From an uncultured Eubacteriales bacterium (lineage in GTDB: Bacteria; Bacillota; Clostridia; Monoglobales; Monoglobaceae), in the NCBI GenBank assembly GCA_948468535.1, contig CAOKIL010000001.1, positions 23,422 to 87,421 of the forward strand: a stretch of 64,000 nucleotides of DNA, in the 5' to 3' direction. Position numbers and translations under genes: made by a program. The notes beneath the pieces were generated by a model. It was not told where the DNA came from. It did not search any database and worked only from the letters and a program-made list of their open reading frames with translations. This document shows, in pieces, positions 52,582-62,635 of this stretch; the first letter of the stretch is position 1, and the number at the start of each line of letters is the position of its first letter.

Positions 52582-53985
52582 TTACTTTTCAAAATACTTT
52601 TTTGTCTCTGACGCAATAACGCCGCTGAGAACAACTATTGCAACCAAGTTCGGCAGCGCCATGAGTCCGTTGAATATATCCGCAATTGTCCATACGGCAG
52701 ATACTGTCATATACGGACCGATAAACACAGCCAAAATATATATCCATCTATATACCTTGACAACCCTCAAATTACCGCCGGTCAGATATTCAAGACATCT
52801 TTCGCTGTAATAATCCCAGCCGAGAATCGTGGTAAATGCAAAGAACACAAGGCACAACATCAAAATAAATGCCGGAATCGCAGGCGGAAGAAATGATAAC
52901 CCGTTTTGAAATGCGTATGTCGTAACTCCTACGCCTTCAAGCGCAAGTTCCGGATTCCATGCTCCTGTAATCACGATACACAATCCTGTCATGGTACAAA
53001 TAACTATTGTGTCAATGAATGTTCCTGTCATTGTGACAAGCCCTTGTCTGACAGGCTCTTTAGTCTGTGCGGCAGCGGCAGCAATAGGAGCAGAGCCAAG
53101 ACCTGCTTCATTTGAAAAAATACCGCGCGCCACTCCTTTTTGCATTGCAACAATCATTGCGCCAAGCATACCTCCGGCAGCAGCCTTCAAGCCAAACGCA
53201 CCCATAACGACTTCTTTTACCGCCATAGGAATTGACCTTATATTTACAACCAGCAGAATCACACAGAACAATACATACAAAATCGCCATAAACGGCACAA
53301 CAACCTGTGATACCGATGAAATTCTCTTTATGCCGCCAATGATAACCAAACCCACGCACAAAGTGAGAACTATACCTGTGATAACTACCGCCCATGAATA
53401 CTCCATACCGAATATTGATATAGAATTTACGGTGTTTGGGTCAAAAAATCCCTTAACTGCCGATGATATACCATTAACCTGAGTAAATGTTCCGATACCC
53501 AAAAGTCCTACGCCTACGCCAAAAAATGCGAATATCTTAGCAAGCCACTTCCAGCCTTTGCCCATTCCGTTTTCTATGTAATAAAACGGACCGCCCAGAA
53601 TGTGGCCGTCTGCTCCGACATGCCTGAATTTAACCGCAAGCAAGCCTTCTGAATACTTTGTTGCCATACCGAACAACGCCGCAATAATCATCCAGAACAA
53701 AGCGCCCGGTCCCCCTGCACAAATTGCAGTTGCAACACCGACAATATTACCTGTGCCGATAGTAGCTGAAAGAGCCGTACACAATGCTGCGAAACTTGTA
53801 ACCTCACCGTCACCGTTATCTTCGTTCTGAACCATATATTTAAGCGCCTTTTGCAAATGCCTGATTTGCAAGCCCTTAAGCCTGACCGTTAAATATATAC
53901 CCACTGTAATAATCAATATAACAAGCGGAAGTCCCCAAACAAAATCATCAATATTAGTTAAAATTTTGCCTATTGTCTCTAACAT
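52582..53985 (-). CDS. Alanine/glycine:cation symporter (AGCS family)
   Basis: TIGTGNIVGVA, GGPGALFWM, RGIFSNEAGLGSAPIA. Confidence 0.93.
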   Translation of the reverse strand: MLETIGKILTNIDDFVWGLPLVILIITVGIYLTVRLKGLQIRHLQKALKYMVQNEDNGDGEVTSFAALCTALSATIGTGNIVGVATAICAGGPGALFWMIIAALFGMATKYSEGLLAVKFRHVGADGHILGGPFYYIENGMGKGWKWLAKIFAFFGVGVGLLGIGTFTQVNGISSAVKGFFDPNTVNSISIFGMEYSWAVVITGIVLTLCVGLVIIGGIKRISSVSQVVVPFMAILYVLFCVILLVVNIRSIPMAVKEVVMGAFGLKAAAGGMLGAMIVAMQKGVARGIFSNEAGLGSAPIAAAAAQTKEPVRQGLVTMTGTFIDTIVICTMTGLCIVITGAWNPELALEGVGVTTYAFQNGLSFLPPAIPAFILMLCLVFFAFTTILGWDYYSERCLEYLTGGNLRVVKVYRWIYILAVFIGPYMTVSAVWTIADIFNGLMALPNLVAIVVLSGVIASETKKYFEK

Positions 53986-54267
53986 CTCTTCACCCTTTCT
54001 CCGCAAAATCAGTTTTACATTAAAAATTGAAATGAATTATATACACCTTCGATGTCCATACACAAGTCAACTGCTTATTATTAACCATATAAAACAAAAC
54101 TTTCTATAGAGAACGCATTGCTAAAAATTAACTGTTTGATTATACCATACTGCGATTTTTAATGCAATAGCGATTTATCGAAAACACAAGTTTTTAAAAA
54201 AATTTTCAAAAAGTTCTTGATTTTTAATCTAATATGTGGTATAATTTAATGTGTGTCAAATTTATAT

Positions 54268-54354
54268 GCCGGTGTGGTGGAATTGGCAGACGCGCTGGAC
54301 TCAAAATCCTGTGGTAGTGATACCGTATCGGTTCGACCCCGATCACCGGCACCA
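54268..54354 (+). tRNA. tRNA-Leu(CAA)
   Basis: GCCGGTGTGGTGGAATTGGCAGACGCGCTGGACTCAAAATCC..GGTTCGACCCC..CGGCACCA; long variable arm; one T-T mismatch in the anticodon stem. Confidence 0.95.
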
Positions 54355-54409
54355 TGTAAAACAGCTTGAGCGAACTGTTCAAGCTGTTTTTGTTTATGTC
54401 ATTATTATT

Positions 54410-55210
54410 TTATACATAATCCGCCAGCGAATCCTTCACTTTTCTAAACAACACATATCCAATGCAACCGACCACGCACGTAACACACCAAAAATATAAC
54501 GTATATCGCGGAGCGTCAAACGGCGATATGCCGTACAATATTGTGTTTCTAAATCCTGAGATTATATATGCTATAGGATTAACAGCCTTTATTATCCTGC
54601 TCAGACCTGAATCAATTGCTGAAATATCCCAAAACAGCGGCGTCAGCCAATATCCTATTTGAACAGACACACTTATAACGCCGCGGATATCTCTGACAAA
54701 AACAGTCAGAACCGAAAGCAGGAATCCAATTGATAAGATAAAAATAAATTCAGCCGCCATGTAATACACAATCCATAAATCCGCAAGTTTAAACGAACAT
54801 CCAAAATAAAAGCTGATACACATAAGCAGCGCCGTATAGAAAATGCTTACTTTAAAATTGGAAACCACCCGAACAAGCGGCAAAACGCCAATATCGAATT
54901 TAACCTTTTTAACTAAATATGAATAATCAATTATTGCTGCCGCCGAACCGGGCAAAGCGTCACATACAAAAAAATATGGTACAAGCGCCGAGACGAGCCA
55001 AAGAATGTACGGAACATTATCGTCAGCATCACTTCTGAGTGCAACCCTAAATACAAACCAATACAAAGCCACCGTAATACATGGGTATATAAAAGCCCAA
55101 AGCACACCGAGAAAATTCCCGGCATACCTTGACTTGAAATCATTTTCAGCCAGTGAGAGAATATTGCTAATCTTTGAAATTACCGGCTTATTATTGAACT
55201 TTTTATCCAT
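54410..55210 (-). CDS. ABC-2 polysaccharide/teichoic acid export permease (Wzm/TagG-like)
   Basis: DFKSRYAGNFLGVLWAF, RDI, TPLFW, NPIAYIISGFR. Confidence 0.88.
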   Translation of the reverse strand: MDKKFNNKPVISKISNILSLAENDFKSRYAGNFLGVLWAFIYPCITVALYWFVFRVALRSDADDNVPYILWLVSALVPYFFVCDALPGSAAAIIDYSYLVKKVKFDIGVLPLVRVVSNFKVSIFYTALLMCISFYFGCSFKLADLWIVYYMAAEFIFILSIGFLLSVLTVFVRDIRGVISVSVQIGYWLTPLFWDISAIDSGLSRIIKAVNPIAYIISGFRNTILYGISPFDAPRYTLYFWCVTCVVGCIGYVLFRKVKDSLADYV

Positions 55211-55216
55211 TATCTA

Positions 55217-56098
55217 TTATTTATCTAAAATTCCTTTCAAGTACGACTTGAAATCATCTCTCAAATCATCGCGTCTTAGAGCATACTCCACTGTCGCCTC
55301 CAAAAATCCCAGTCTGTCGCCTACGTCATATCTGCGTCCTTCAAAATCATACGCGAACATCTGCTGTTCTTTTGCAAGATTTTTAAGAGCGTCTGTGAGC
55401 TGAATTTCACCGCCTGCACCGGGTTCTGTTTTTTCGAGTTTATCGAAAATTTCGGGTGTGATGACGTATCTGCCCAACACTGCAACGTCTGTCGGAGCGT
55501 CATCCGGCTTTGGCTTTTCAATCATGTCATTGACAGTATATATTCTGTCACCGATTTTATCACCGTCAACGCAGCCGTACTTGCAGATATTCTCATGTGC
55601 AACAGTCTGAACACCAAGGACACTGCCGCCTTTTTCATTATACACATCAATAAGCTGTTTAAGGCACGGCTTTTCCTGATTATATACCACATCATCACCG
55701 AGCAGTACTGCAAACGGCTCATCACCAACAAAGGCTTTTGCACAAAGAACTGCATGGCCTAATCCCTTTGCTTCTTTCTGTCTGACAGAAACCACCTCAA
55801 CCATATCAGAGATAGCCTTAATCTGGTTCAAATACTCGGTCTTTCCTCCCTTTTCAAGCAGATCCTCCAATTCAATCGTTCTGTCAAAGTGGTCTTCAAT
55901 CGCCTTTTTTGTGTGACTGGTAATCAAACAAATCTGCTCTATACCGGAACTTACTGCCTCTTCAACTATATATTGAATTGTCGGTGTATCGACAATCGGA
56001 AGCATCTCTTTTGGCATTGCCTTTGTTGCCGGCAAAAATCTTGTTCCCCAACCTGCCGCAGGTATTACCGCCTTGCGAACTTTTTTAAATTCTCCCAT
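55217..56098 (-). CDS. galU: UTP-glucose-1-phosphate uridylyltransferase
   Basis: KAVIPAAGWGTRFLPATKAMPKEMLP, GLGHAV, GEIQLTDA. Confidence 0.96.
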   Translation of the reverse strand: MGEFKKVRKAVIPAAGWGTRFLPATKAMPKEMLPIVDTPTIQYIVEEAVSSGIEQICLITSHTKKAIEDHFDRTIELEDLLEKGGKTEYLNQIKAISDMVEVVSVRQKEAKGLGHAVLCAKAFVGDEPFAVLLGDDVVYNQEKPCLKQLIDVYNEKGGSVLGVQTVAHENICKYGCVDGDKIGDRIYTVNDMIEKPKPDDAPTDVAVLGRYVITPEIFDKLEKTEPGAGGEIQLTDALKNLAKEQQMFAYDFEGRRYDVGDRLGFLEATVEYALRRDDLRDDFKSYLKGILDK

Positions 56099-56144
56099 TT
56101 CCGCTTTCTCCTCTCAAATATCTCAAACATTTCGATTTGTGTCC

Positions 56145-56855
56145 TCACTCTATTTTCCAATCCGAAAGTCCGGTCTGGATTGCATTTAACATTTTCTTTT
56201 TAAAGAATTTGTCGGTTTTTCTGCGTTCATTTATAAACGCCTTCATATCCTGGCGTTTGGATTTACCGTCCATAGGACATTGATTGAACACTATCGGAAG
56301 TTCTGAACGCGCGGCATATCCTTTTATATCGCCCTCTGCAACATATATCATAGGACGGATAACATGAATATCGCGCCTTGACAAATATGTAACAGGTGAA
56401 AAACATCCGAGCCTGCCCTCGTAGAACAGCGACAGAAAGAATGTCTCGATAACATCTTCATTATGATGACCGAGAGCCACTTTATTACAGCCATTTTGAA
56501 TGGCAAGGTCATTCACTCCGCCCCGCCGCATTTTTGCACAGAGCGAACACGGATTAGTCTCTTTTCTTATATCAAACACTACCTCGGCAATATCGGTCTT
56601 TTGCAGAATGTACTCAACTCCCAAGTCGTCGCACAAATTTTGTACGCGTGAAAAATCGGTACCGTCAAATCCCATATCAAGCGAAACACCAACAACTTCA
56701 AACTTCTTTGGATAAAACTTTCTGAGCGCCGCCAATGCACACAGAAGGGTCAGACTGTCCTTGCCGCCTGATATTCCGACAGCGATTCTGTCGCCTTCAT
56801 TAATCATATGATAATCATCAACCGCGCGTCTTGTACGGCTTAAAATCTTTCGCAT
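56145..56855 (-). CDS. ttcA: TtcA-family tRNA thiolation protein
   Basis: PP-loop SGGKDS, CSLC, GHH..D, IRPM. Confidence 0.8.
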   Translation of the reverse strand: MRKILSRTRRAVDDYHMINEGDRIAVGISGGKDSLTLLCALAALRKFYPKKFEVVGVSLDMGFDGTDFSRVQNLCDDLGVEYILQKTDIAEVVFDIRKETNPCSLCAKMRRGGVNDLAIQNGCNKVALGHHNEDVIETFFLSLFYEGRLGCFSPVTYLSRRDIHVIRPMIYVAEGDIKGYAARSELPIVFNQCPMDGKSKRQDMKAFINERRKTDKFFKKKMLNAIQTGLSDWKIE

Positions 56856-56979
56856 ATGTGTACGTCGCTCCCATTTTTATTTTAATATGCTTTCTGTCTC
56901 ACCATATATTTCTATAATGTATTATTTTAACACATATTCATAGATTTCGCAACCGCTTTTTAAAATATAACTACATATT

Positions 56980-57067
56980 AAAAAAGAAAGACCGCTTGGG
57001 GTAACGGTCTTTCAAAAAATTAAAAGGGAGGGAGTTATGTTTAAACTTGTAACAATTCTTTGTTACA
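56980..57067 (-). ncRNA. Candidate sRNA with C-rich anti-SD tract
   Basis: TG-A-TATAAT (57074-57082), 5' hairpin TTGTAACAA..TTGTTACAA, CTCCCTCCC tract, GAAAGACCG..CGGTCTTTC-T terminator. Confidence 0.6.
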
Positions 57068-57374
57068 ATACATATTATATCACAATTTTATATTTATGAT
57101 TTAATAATATATGAAAAAGTAATTAACAGTTTGTGAACAAATTGAATATACATATATTTTAAACAAAAAAATTTTTTATAAGATTTTAAAATATTTTAAT
57201 AAAAACCTTGATTTTTTATTAAAAGTAGTATAAAATTAAAGCGTATGTAATTTAATCTTAATTTTTGACAAAAATCGGCAGATAATTTTGTTGTTTGAAA
57301 TAAGATTATAATCTGCCGAATTAAATAAAAACAGTATTGATATTAATATTATGACTACGGGGGTGTAAACCGTT

Positions 57375-58067
57375 ATGGGTAAAAAGGTGTTAGTTGTCGA
57401 TGACGAAAAGAGCATTGTTGAAATATTAACATTAAATTTAAGAAACGAAGGCTATACGGTATGTGAAGCTTATGATGGCGAGGAAGCCGTTATAAAGGCT
57501 GAGACTGAACAGCCTGACTTAATTTTGCTGGATGTTATGCTGCCAAACCTGGATGGATTTTCTGTGTGCAAAAAAATCAGAGAGAGATCATCGGTTCCGA
57601 TTCTGATGATTACTGCGCGTGAAGAGGAAGTCGACAAGGTTCTGGGTCTTGAACTCGGCGCGGATGATTATATAACAAAACCGTTCAGCGTCAGAGAACT
57701 CTTGGCAAGGGTTAAGGCAAACATGAGACGAAACGACATTGTTCCACCGCAGGAAGAAGTCGAAAACGATATTGTTGAAATCGGATGCTTCACTCTTGAC
57801 TGCAACCGTTATGAACTCTATAAAGACGGCAAACTTATTGATTTGACCGTAAGAGAGTTTGAACTCATAAAATTCTTGTCAGCTCAGCCAAACAAAATTT
57901 ATTCACGCAAAAGCTTGCTTGAATTCGTTTGGGATTATGAATATTACGGCGATGTCAGAACTGTCGATGTAACCGTCAGACGTGTCAGAGAAAAGATTGA
58001 AGACGACCCGTCTCAGCCCAAACATATCATGACAAAGCGCGGCGTTGGTTATTACTTCGCAGTCTAA
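57375..58067 (+). CDS. OmpR-family response regulator (WalR/YycF-like)
   Basis: VVDDE, LLDVMLP, GLELGADDYITKPFS, YYGDVRTVDVTVRRVREKIED, TKRGVGY. Confidence 0.9.
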   Translation: MGKKVLVVDDEKSIVEILTLNLRNEGYTVCEAYDGEEAVIKAETEQPDLILLDVMLPNLDGFSVCKKIRERSSVPILMITAREEEVDKVLGLELGADDYITKPFSVRELLARVKANMRRNDIVPPQEEVENDIVEIGCFTLDCNRYELYKDGKLIDLTVREFELIKFLSAQPNKIYSRKSLLEFVWDYEYYGDVRTVDVTVRRVREKIEDDPSQPKHIMTKRGVGYYFAV

Positions 58068-58126
58068 GTTAATTGCTATATACTCGGCAGGGTTTATTCC
58101 CTGCCGTTTTTAATGGGAGGAATATA

Positions 58127-58612
58127 ATGCTGAACATAACTGTTGTTTGCGTAGGAAAGATAAAAGAGAAGTATTTTGTATCAGCGATTGATGAATATAA
58201 AAAACGTCTTGGAAGATTCTGCAAATTTGAGATAGTCGAGGTCAAAGATGAAGCAATACCCGACAATGCCTCTGACAGTGAAAAATCAGCAGTGATCAAA
58301 AAAGAAGCCGAACGCATAAAATCAAAACTGCCAAAATCCGCATATATAATTCCACTGTGCATAGAAGGCAAACAGTACACTTCAGAAGAATTTGCTAAGC
58401 AACTTAGCTCGCTCGCAGCTCACGGCGTAAGTCATATTGTTTTTGTAATAGGCGGCTCACTTGGGCTGAGTGATGATATAAAAGGCATGCCGGCAACTAT
58501 GAAACTGAGTTTTTCAAAAATGACGTTTCCGCACCAATTGATGCGCGTAGTTCTTACTGAACAGATTTACCGCGCCTTCACTATAAACAACGGAATAACG
58601 TACCATAAATAG
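58127..58612 (+). CDS. rlmH: 23S rRNA m3Psi1915 methyltransferase
   Basis: VGKIKE, IGGSLGL, MTFPHQLMR, EQIYRA..YHK. Confidence 0.96.
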   Translation: MLNITVVCVGKIKEKYFVSAIDEYKKRLGRFCKFEIVEVKDEAIPDNASDSEKSAVIKKEAERIKSKLPKSAYIIPLCIEGKQYTSEEFAKQLSSLAAHGVSHIVFVIGGSLGLSDDIKGMPATMKLSFSKMTFPHQLMRVVLTEQIYRAFTINNGITYHK

Positions 58613-58676
58613 ATAATATGGTATACATCATATGTAATGCGTCGGCCGAAGCTGACGCAAACTTTTACAATTATTA

Positions 58677-59633
58677 TTAATTATCCGGATTGAACTTATT
58701 GTTCATTACCTCAAATATCTCAATATGCTTTAATATATCATTATATACAATCATTCTTGCAGGTTCGTTTAATATTTCATGCCGCATCCCTTTATATATT
58801 CTGTGTCCGACATAATAATATCCTGCTTCCTGCTGTTTTGCTGCGGCTTCAATCAGCTTATGTCTGTTCACCATGCACGCGTCATCGCTTCCTGACATAA
58901 ACATAATCGGCAAAAACGTATTCTGCGCTGTTTCTATATTATCTATATATGTTCTGTTCATAAGTTCAAGCAGGCACCGGTAGCCGTTTATAGTGAAAGA
59001 AAACGCACACTTCGGGTCATTGCTGAACTTGCTTACTACATTTCTGTCACTGCATATCCACGCATTTTTTTGTTTCTCATCTTTAAAGTTAAAGTCAAAT
59101 ATCCCTACAAACAAATCATTTATCACATTGCCGCGATAGTTATCACCTCTGATTTTTGAGTATTGATCAAGGATAGGAGCTACAACCGCTGTTGCTTCGT
59201 TATGGCTCGGCGAACCGCACAGAATAACGCCGCTCGGCAGGCGGTCGTATTTTCTGAGGTATGCCCTTGTGACAAGTGTTCCCATACTGTGCGCGATAAT
59301 ATACAGCGGCAGGTCGGGGTACAGATTTTTTATATACTGTGATATCTGAGCCATATCCTCTATTATGCCGTCTGTTCCGTTTTCATAAAAATATCCGAGG
59401 TCATCCTCTTTCCTTACGCTCTCGCCGTGACCTCTATGGTCGTGAATAATGCAGATAAATCCGCGTGAAGCGAAAAACTCAATTGTATCAGTGTAACGTT
59501 CCTTGCGCTCAGTCATTCCGTGTGCAAACTGGATTATTCCGCGCAGACTTCCGGGATTATCGGGCACGGCAAGCATAACTCCAAGCATAAGCGAATCGAA
59601 TGTTGAGATAAGTTTAAATTTTTTTGTCTGCAT
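58677..59633 (-). CDS. Alpha/beta hydrolase (lysophospholipase-like)
   Basis: HGMTE, DHRGHGES, AHSMG, RHEILNE. Confidence 0.88.
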   Translation of the reverse strand: MQTKKFKLISTFDSLMLGVMLAVPDNPGSLRGIIQFAHGMTERKERYTDTIEFFASRGFICIIHDHRGHGESVRKEDDLGYFYENGTDGIIEDMAQISQYIKNLYPDLPLYIIAHSMGTLVTRAYLRKYDRLPSGVILCGSPSHNEATAVVAPILDQYSKIRGDNYRGNVINDLFVGIFDFNFKDEKQKNAWICSDRNVVSKFSNDPKCAFSFTINGYRCLLELMNRTYIDNIETAQNTFLPIMFMSGSDDACMVNRHKLIEAAAKQQEAGYYYVGHRIYKGMRHEILNEPARMIVYNDILKHIEIFEVMNNKFNPDN

Positions 59634-59715
59634 GATAAATGCCTCCCAGTTGCAATGCGGTATTTGTTTGATGTTAATATATGTTTGTTTTTCAAAAATA
59701 TACTCATGCAGATTA

Positions 59716-61077
59716 TCAAAGTTTGCGGTAAACTGTCATTATCATAGTCACAAACGCGGCTGTTCCGCCGATTAGATTTGATATCGGTTCCGCCCAGAAT
59801 ACGCCGTCTATCTGTGGGTTCCAGATAAGCGGCAAAAGCAGCGTCAGCGGTACGACAATAATTATCTTTCTGAAAAGCGAAAAGAACACCGCCTGTTTAG
59901 GTTTGTCGAGCGCGGTGAAAACCGACTGACCCGAAAACTGCAGTGCCATAAACACAAATCCAAAGAAGTAAATATGAAGCGCATGAACACCGTACGCACA
60001 AAGCTCGGCATTGGTTGTAAAGATTTTAATAAACAGTTTTGGGAAAGTTGAAACCACCAGCCATGCCAGAGCCGTATAGGCTATCAGTATAACTGACATA
60101 TATTTTATTCCGCTCTTTACGCGGTCGTTTTTATCAGCTCCATAGTTGTAGCCTAAAACAGGCTGCGCCCCCTGCGAGAAGCCCAGTGCTGGTAAGGTTA
60201 TTATATCGCGCACAGAGTTGATTATTGTCATAACACCTATATAAATATCACTGCCGTAGGTTTTGAGTGTGATATTGCATACCATTTGTACTACAGCGTT
60301 TGTCGCCATCATGGTGAACCCTGCCAGACCGAGCGCCAGGATTTTTTTGATTCGCTTATATTCGGCCTTTAACATATATTTTAACTTTATGTTATATAAT
60401 GACCTTTTGCCTGTCAGGAACACAACCGTCCAAAGCATTGAAACAAACTGTGAAACAACGGTTGCAACCGCTGCGCCTGATACGCCCATGTTAAAGCCAA
60501 AGATAAGAATAGGGTCAAGCAGGATATTGATAACCGCACCTATGGTTATAGTCAGCATGCCTGTTCTGCCGTAGCCCTGAGCGTTGATTATACTGTTAAG
60601 CCCAAGCGCAAGCATGGGGAATATTGCTCCTGAAAGATAAATAGTGAGATATGAATTTGCATAAGAAAACGTGACATAACTCGCACCGAGCAGATTTAAT
60701 ACAGATGTTTTAAACACCAAGCCCAAAATGGTTATGATTACACCCAACGCGATAATCATTGATGTTGCCGTACCCATGATTTTTTCAGCTTCATCAGCGT
60801 TCTTTCTGCCGCGTTCTATCGATACAAGAGGGGCGGCTCCTGCACCGACTAAGTTCGCAAAAGCCATCACAACAGAAACAACGGGCAGGCAGATTCCGAC
60901 GCCAGTGAGCGCATCCGTTGTCTCAGCACCGCCGATTCTTCCGATAAACATACGGTCAACTATGTTATACATCATGGTGATAAGCTGCGCAACTGTCATA
61001 GGCACAGCAAGCCTCATAATATGCCTGAGGATATTGCCTTTTGAGAAGTCGTTAACGTTTTTTGCTGTTGTTTTCAT
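59716..61077 (-). CDS. MATE-family efflux transporter
   Basis: YNIVDRMFIG, NILLDPILIF..GVSGAAVAT, GYNYGA. Confidence 0.92.
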   Translation of the reverse strand: MKTTAKNVNDFSKGNILRHIMRLAVPMTVAQLITMMYNIVDRMFIGRIGGAETTDALTGVGICLPVVSVVMAFANLVGAGAAPLVSIERGRKNADEAEKIMGTATSMIIALGVIITILGLVFKTSVLNLLGASYVTFSYANSYLTIYLSGAIFPMLALGLNSIINAQGYGRTGMLTITIGAVINILLDPILIFGFNMGVSGAAVATVVSQFVSMLWTVVFLTGKRSLYNIKLKYMLKAEYKRIKKILALGLAGFTMMATNAVVQMVCNITLKTYGSDIYIGVMTIINSVRDIITLPALGFSQGAQPVLGYNYGADKNDRVKSGIKYMSVILIAYTALAWLVVSTFPKLFIKIFTTNAELCAYGVHALHIYFFGFVFMALQFSGQSVFTALDKPKQAVFFSLFRKIIIVVPLTLLLPLIWNPQIDGVFWAEPISNLIGGTAAFVTMIMTVYRKL

Positions 61078-61080
61078 GGT

Positions 61081-61854
61081 TTAAATATCATTAAACCTTT
61101 GTTCAAGTCTCGGATATACCTTTTCTTCTATATATATATACCAATCCAAAAGGTTCTTTGTCTCAAAGTAATATTTCTCGACATCAGCATCGATATAATA
61201 ATCGCTCGTCTCTGACTTATGGTTTCTGATTTCGGCAATCTCCTGGTTGATTTGTATGAGTTCAAGTCTTACCGTGTTGTAGTCATCCCACACAGACGCG
61301 ATTTGCGGATATGAGAAACCGTTAAGACACTCGCCAATCTTCTTTCTGAGCAAAATCGAGAGAAAGTCCGCAGTGTCAAAAAAGGCTTTGCACTCGCTTG
61401 CCAGAGCCTTTCTCAAATTTTCTTTTACATATGTGTCGTTCGATGATGCTGTGCCGTTTTTCACCATATAATCATTGGCGCATACATGAATAACATTCTC
61501 ATACGCATCTTTAAGACTGTTTATCGGCAGATAAAACGTTTTAAGTTCCGGACCGTATTCCTCGGCAAGGATATAGAGTTCTTTTGTTTTAAGATGTACA
61601 TAGAATATGCGTTCCCAATATTCGTCAATAGTCATCTCTTCTTTCCTGTACGAATTTATACTGTCAAATATCGCTTTGTTTGAAGCATCAATACTGTCTG
61701 TGTCAGTTGTTAAGTTACTGGGTTTTGTATCGCCGTCAAGGGTGCGGCGTTTTTTTGTCTGCGGCTGCGCTGTCTCTTTGCCCACAACCGGCATAACGTT
61801 TGTTGTCTGCTTTTTATCATTGGTTGACTTGTTTGAATTGTCTTTCTTACTCAT
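61081..61854 (-). CDS. Hypothetical protein with low-complexity N-terminus and helical C-domain
   Basis: 257-aa ORF translationally coupled to the upstream gene (ATGA overlap). Confidence 0.65.
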   Translation of the reverse strand: MSKKDNSNKSTNDKKQTTNVMPVVGKETAQPQTKKRRTLDGDTKPSNLTTDTDSIDASNKAIFDSINSYRKEEMTIDEYWERIFYVHLKTKELYILAEEYGPELKTFYLPINSLKDAYENVIHVCANDYMVKNGTASSNDTYVKENLRKALASECKAFFDTADFLSILLRKKIGECLNGFSYPQIASVWDDYNTVRLELIQINQEIAEIRNHKSETSDYYIDADVEKYYFETKNLLDWYIYIEEKVYPRLEQRFNDI

Positions 61855-62156
61855 ACATTATACCTGCCCTTCGGGAATCTATTGGGAGAGGCTTTTCTGT
61901 CCAAAGCCTCTATATCATCTTTTGAATAAATTAAACCGGCCGCCAGACGAGGGTCTGACGACGAACGGTTATAAAATTCTTCATACTTCTTTGCCGATTT
62001 TTTTGACATACTCCCTATATTGCACGGAAAGTCTGCATCAAGCAGACGTACAGACTGACTTGCTTCTTTAACCTTATTGGATATATACGCAATACACAGA
62101 AGTATACTAAGTCCGGTAATCAGCAAGGCAATAAGCAGAAATGAAAATCCTGTCAT
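61851..62156 (-). CDS. Hypothetical single-pass membrane protein
   Basis: N-terminal hydrophobic helix; ATGA overlaps on both sides. Confidence 0.65.
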   Translation of the reverse strand: MTGFSFLLIALLITGLSILLCIAYISNKVKEASQSVRLLDADFPCNIGSMSKKSAKKYEEFYNRSSSDPRLAAGLIYSKDDIEALDRKASPNRFPKGRYNV

Positions 62157-62635
62157 GCCTTATTCGCTCCTTCCCTGATTCTAAAACTAACCGATACAAA
62201 CAACACAAGAGCCAATATAACAGATGCGGCTAATGCCCATGAGTTGATGGTGTAAACGTTTTCTTCAAATATATACGGGTCACCTTCAAGCATGAGATAT
62301 CCCATCATAGCGAAAAATATACCTATAACTTGTAGCACCGCAATCAAGTATACAAATACCGAACTGCGCTTGCCGAACAGAATAGCTATTCCCACCGCAA
62401 TAACTGACATAGCAACAATCAAGTATAATACGTCATTATCACCCATAACCATCTGCCAGTATCCGGCATCAACCGCTGTTGCAACTTTGGTGAACATAGG
62501 TCTCAGCAAAAGCGGAAAAAATGAAAATATGGCGCTGACAAACCATACTGAAACCATACCTCCGAATCTCTGATAATCAAAATAGAGCTTGTTACCGACC
62601 ATGTGGTTTGAAAGTTCTTCCTGATAGTTAACCAA
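62153..62635 (-). CDS. Hypothetical 4-TM membrane protein
   Basis: AAGGAGGAG RBS, TTG start, four hydrophobic segments. Confidence 0.7.
   Translation of the reverse strand: MVNYQEELSNHMVGNKLYFDYQRFGGMVSVWFVSAIFSFFPLLLRPMFTKVATAVDAGYWQMVMGDNDVLYLIVAMSVIAVGIAILFGKRSSVFVYLIAVLQVIGIFFAMMGYLMLEGDPYIFEENVYTINSWALAASVILALVLFVSVSFRIREGANKA

Noticed and set aside
54251-54499. 82-aa ORF
   Set aside because: Overlaps tRNA-Leu.
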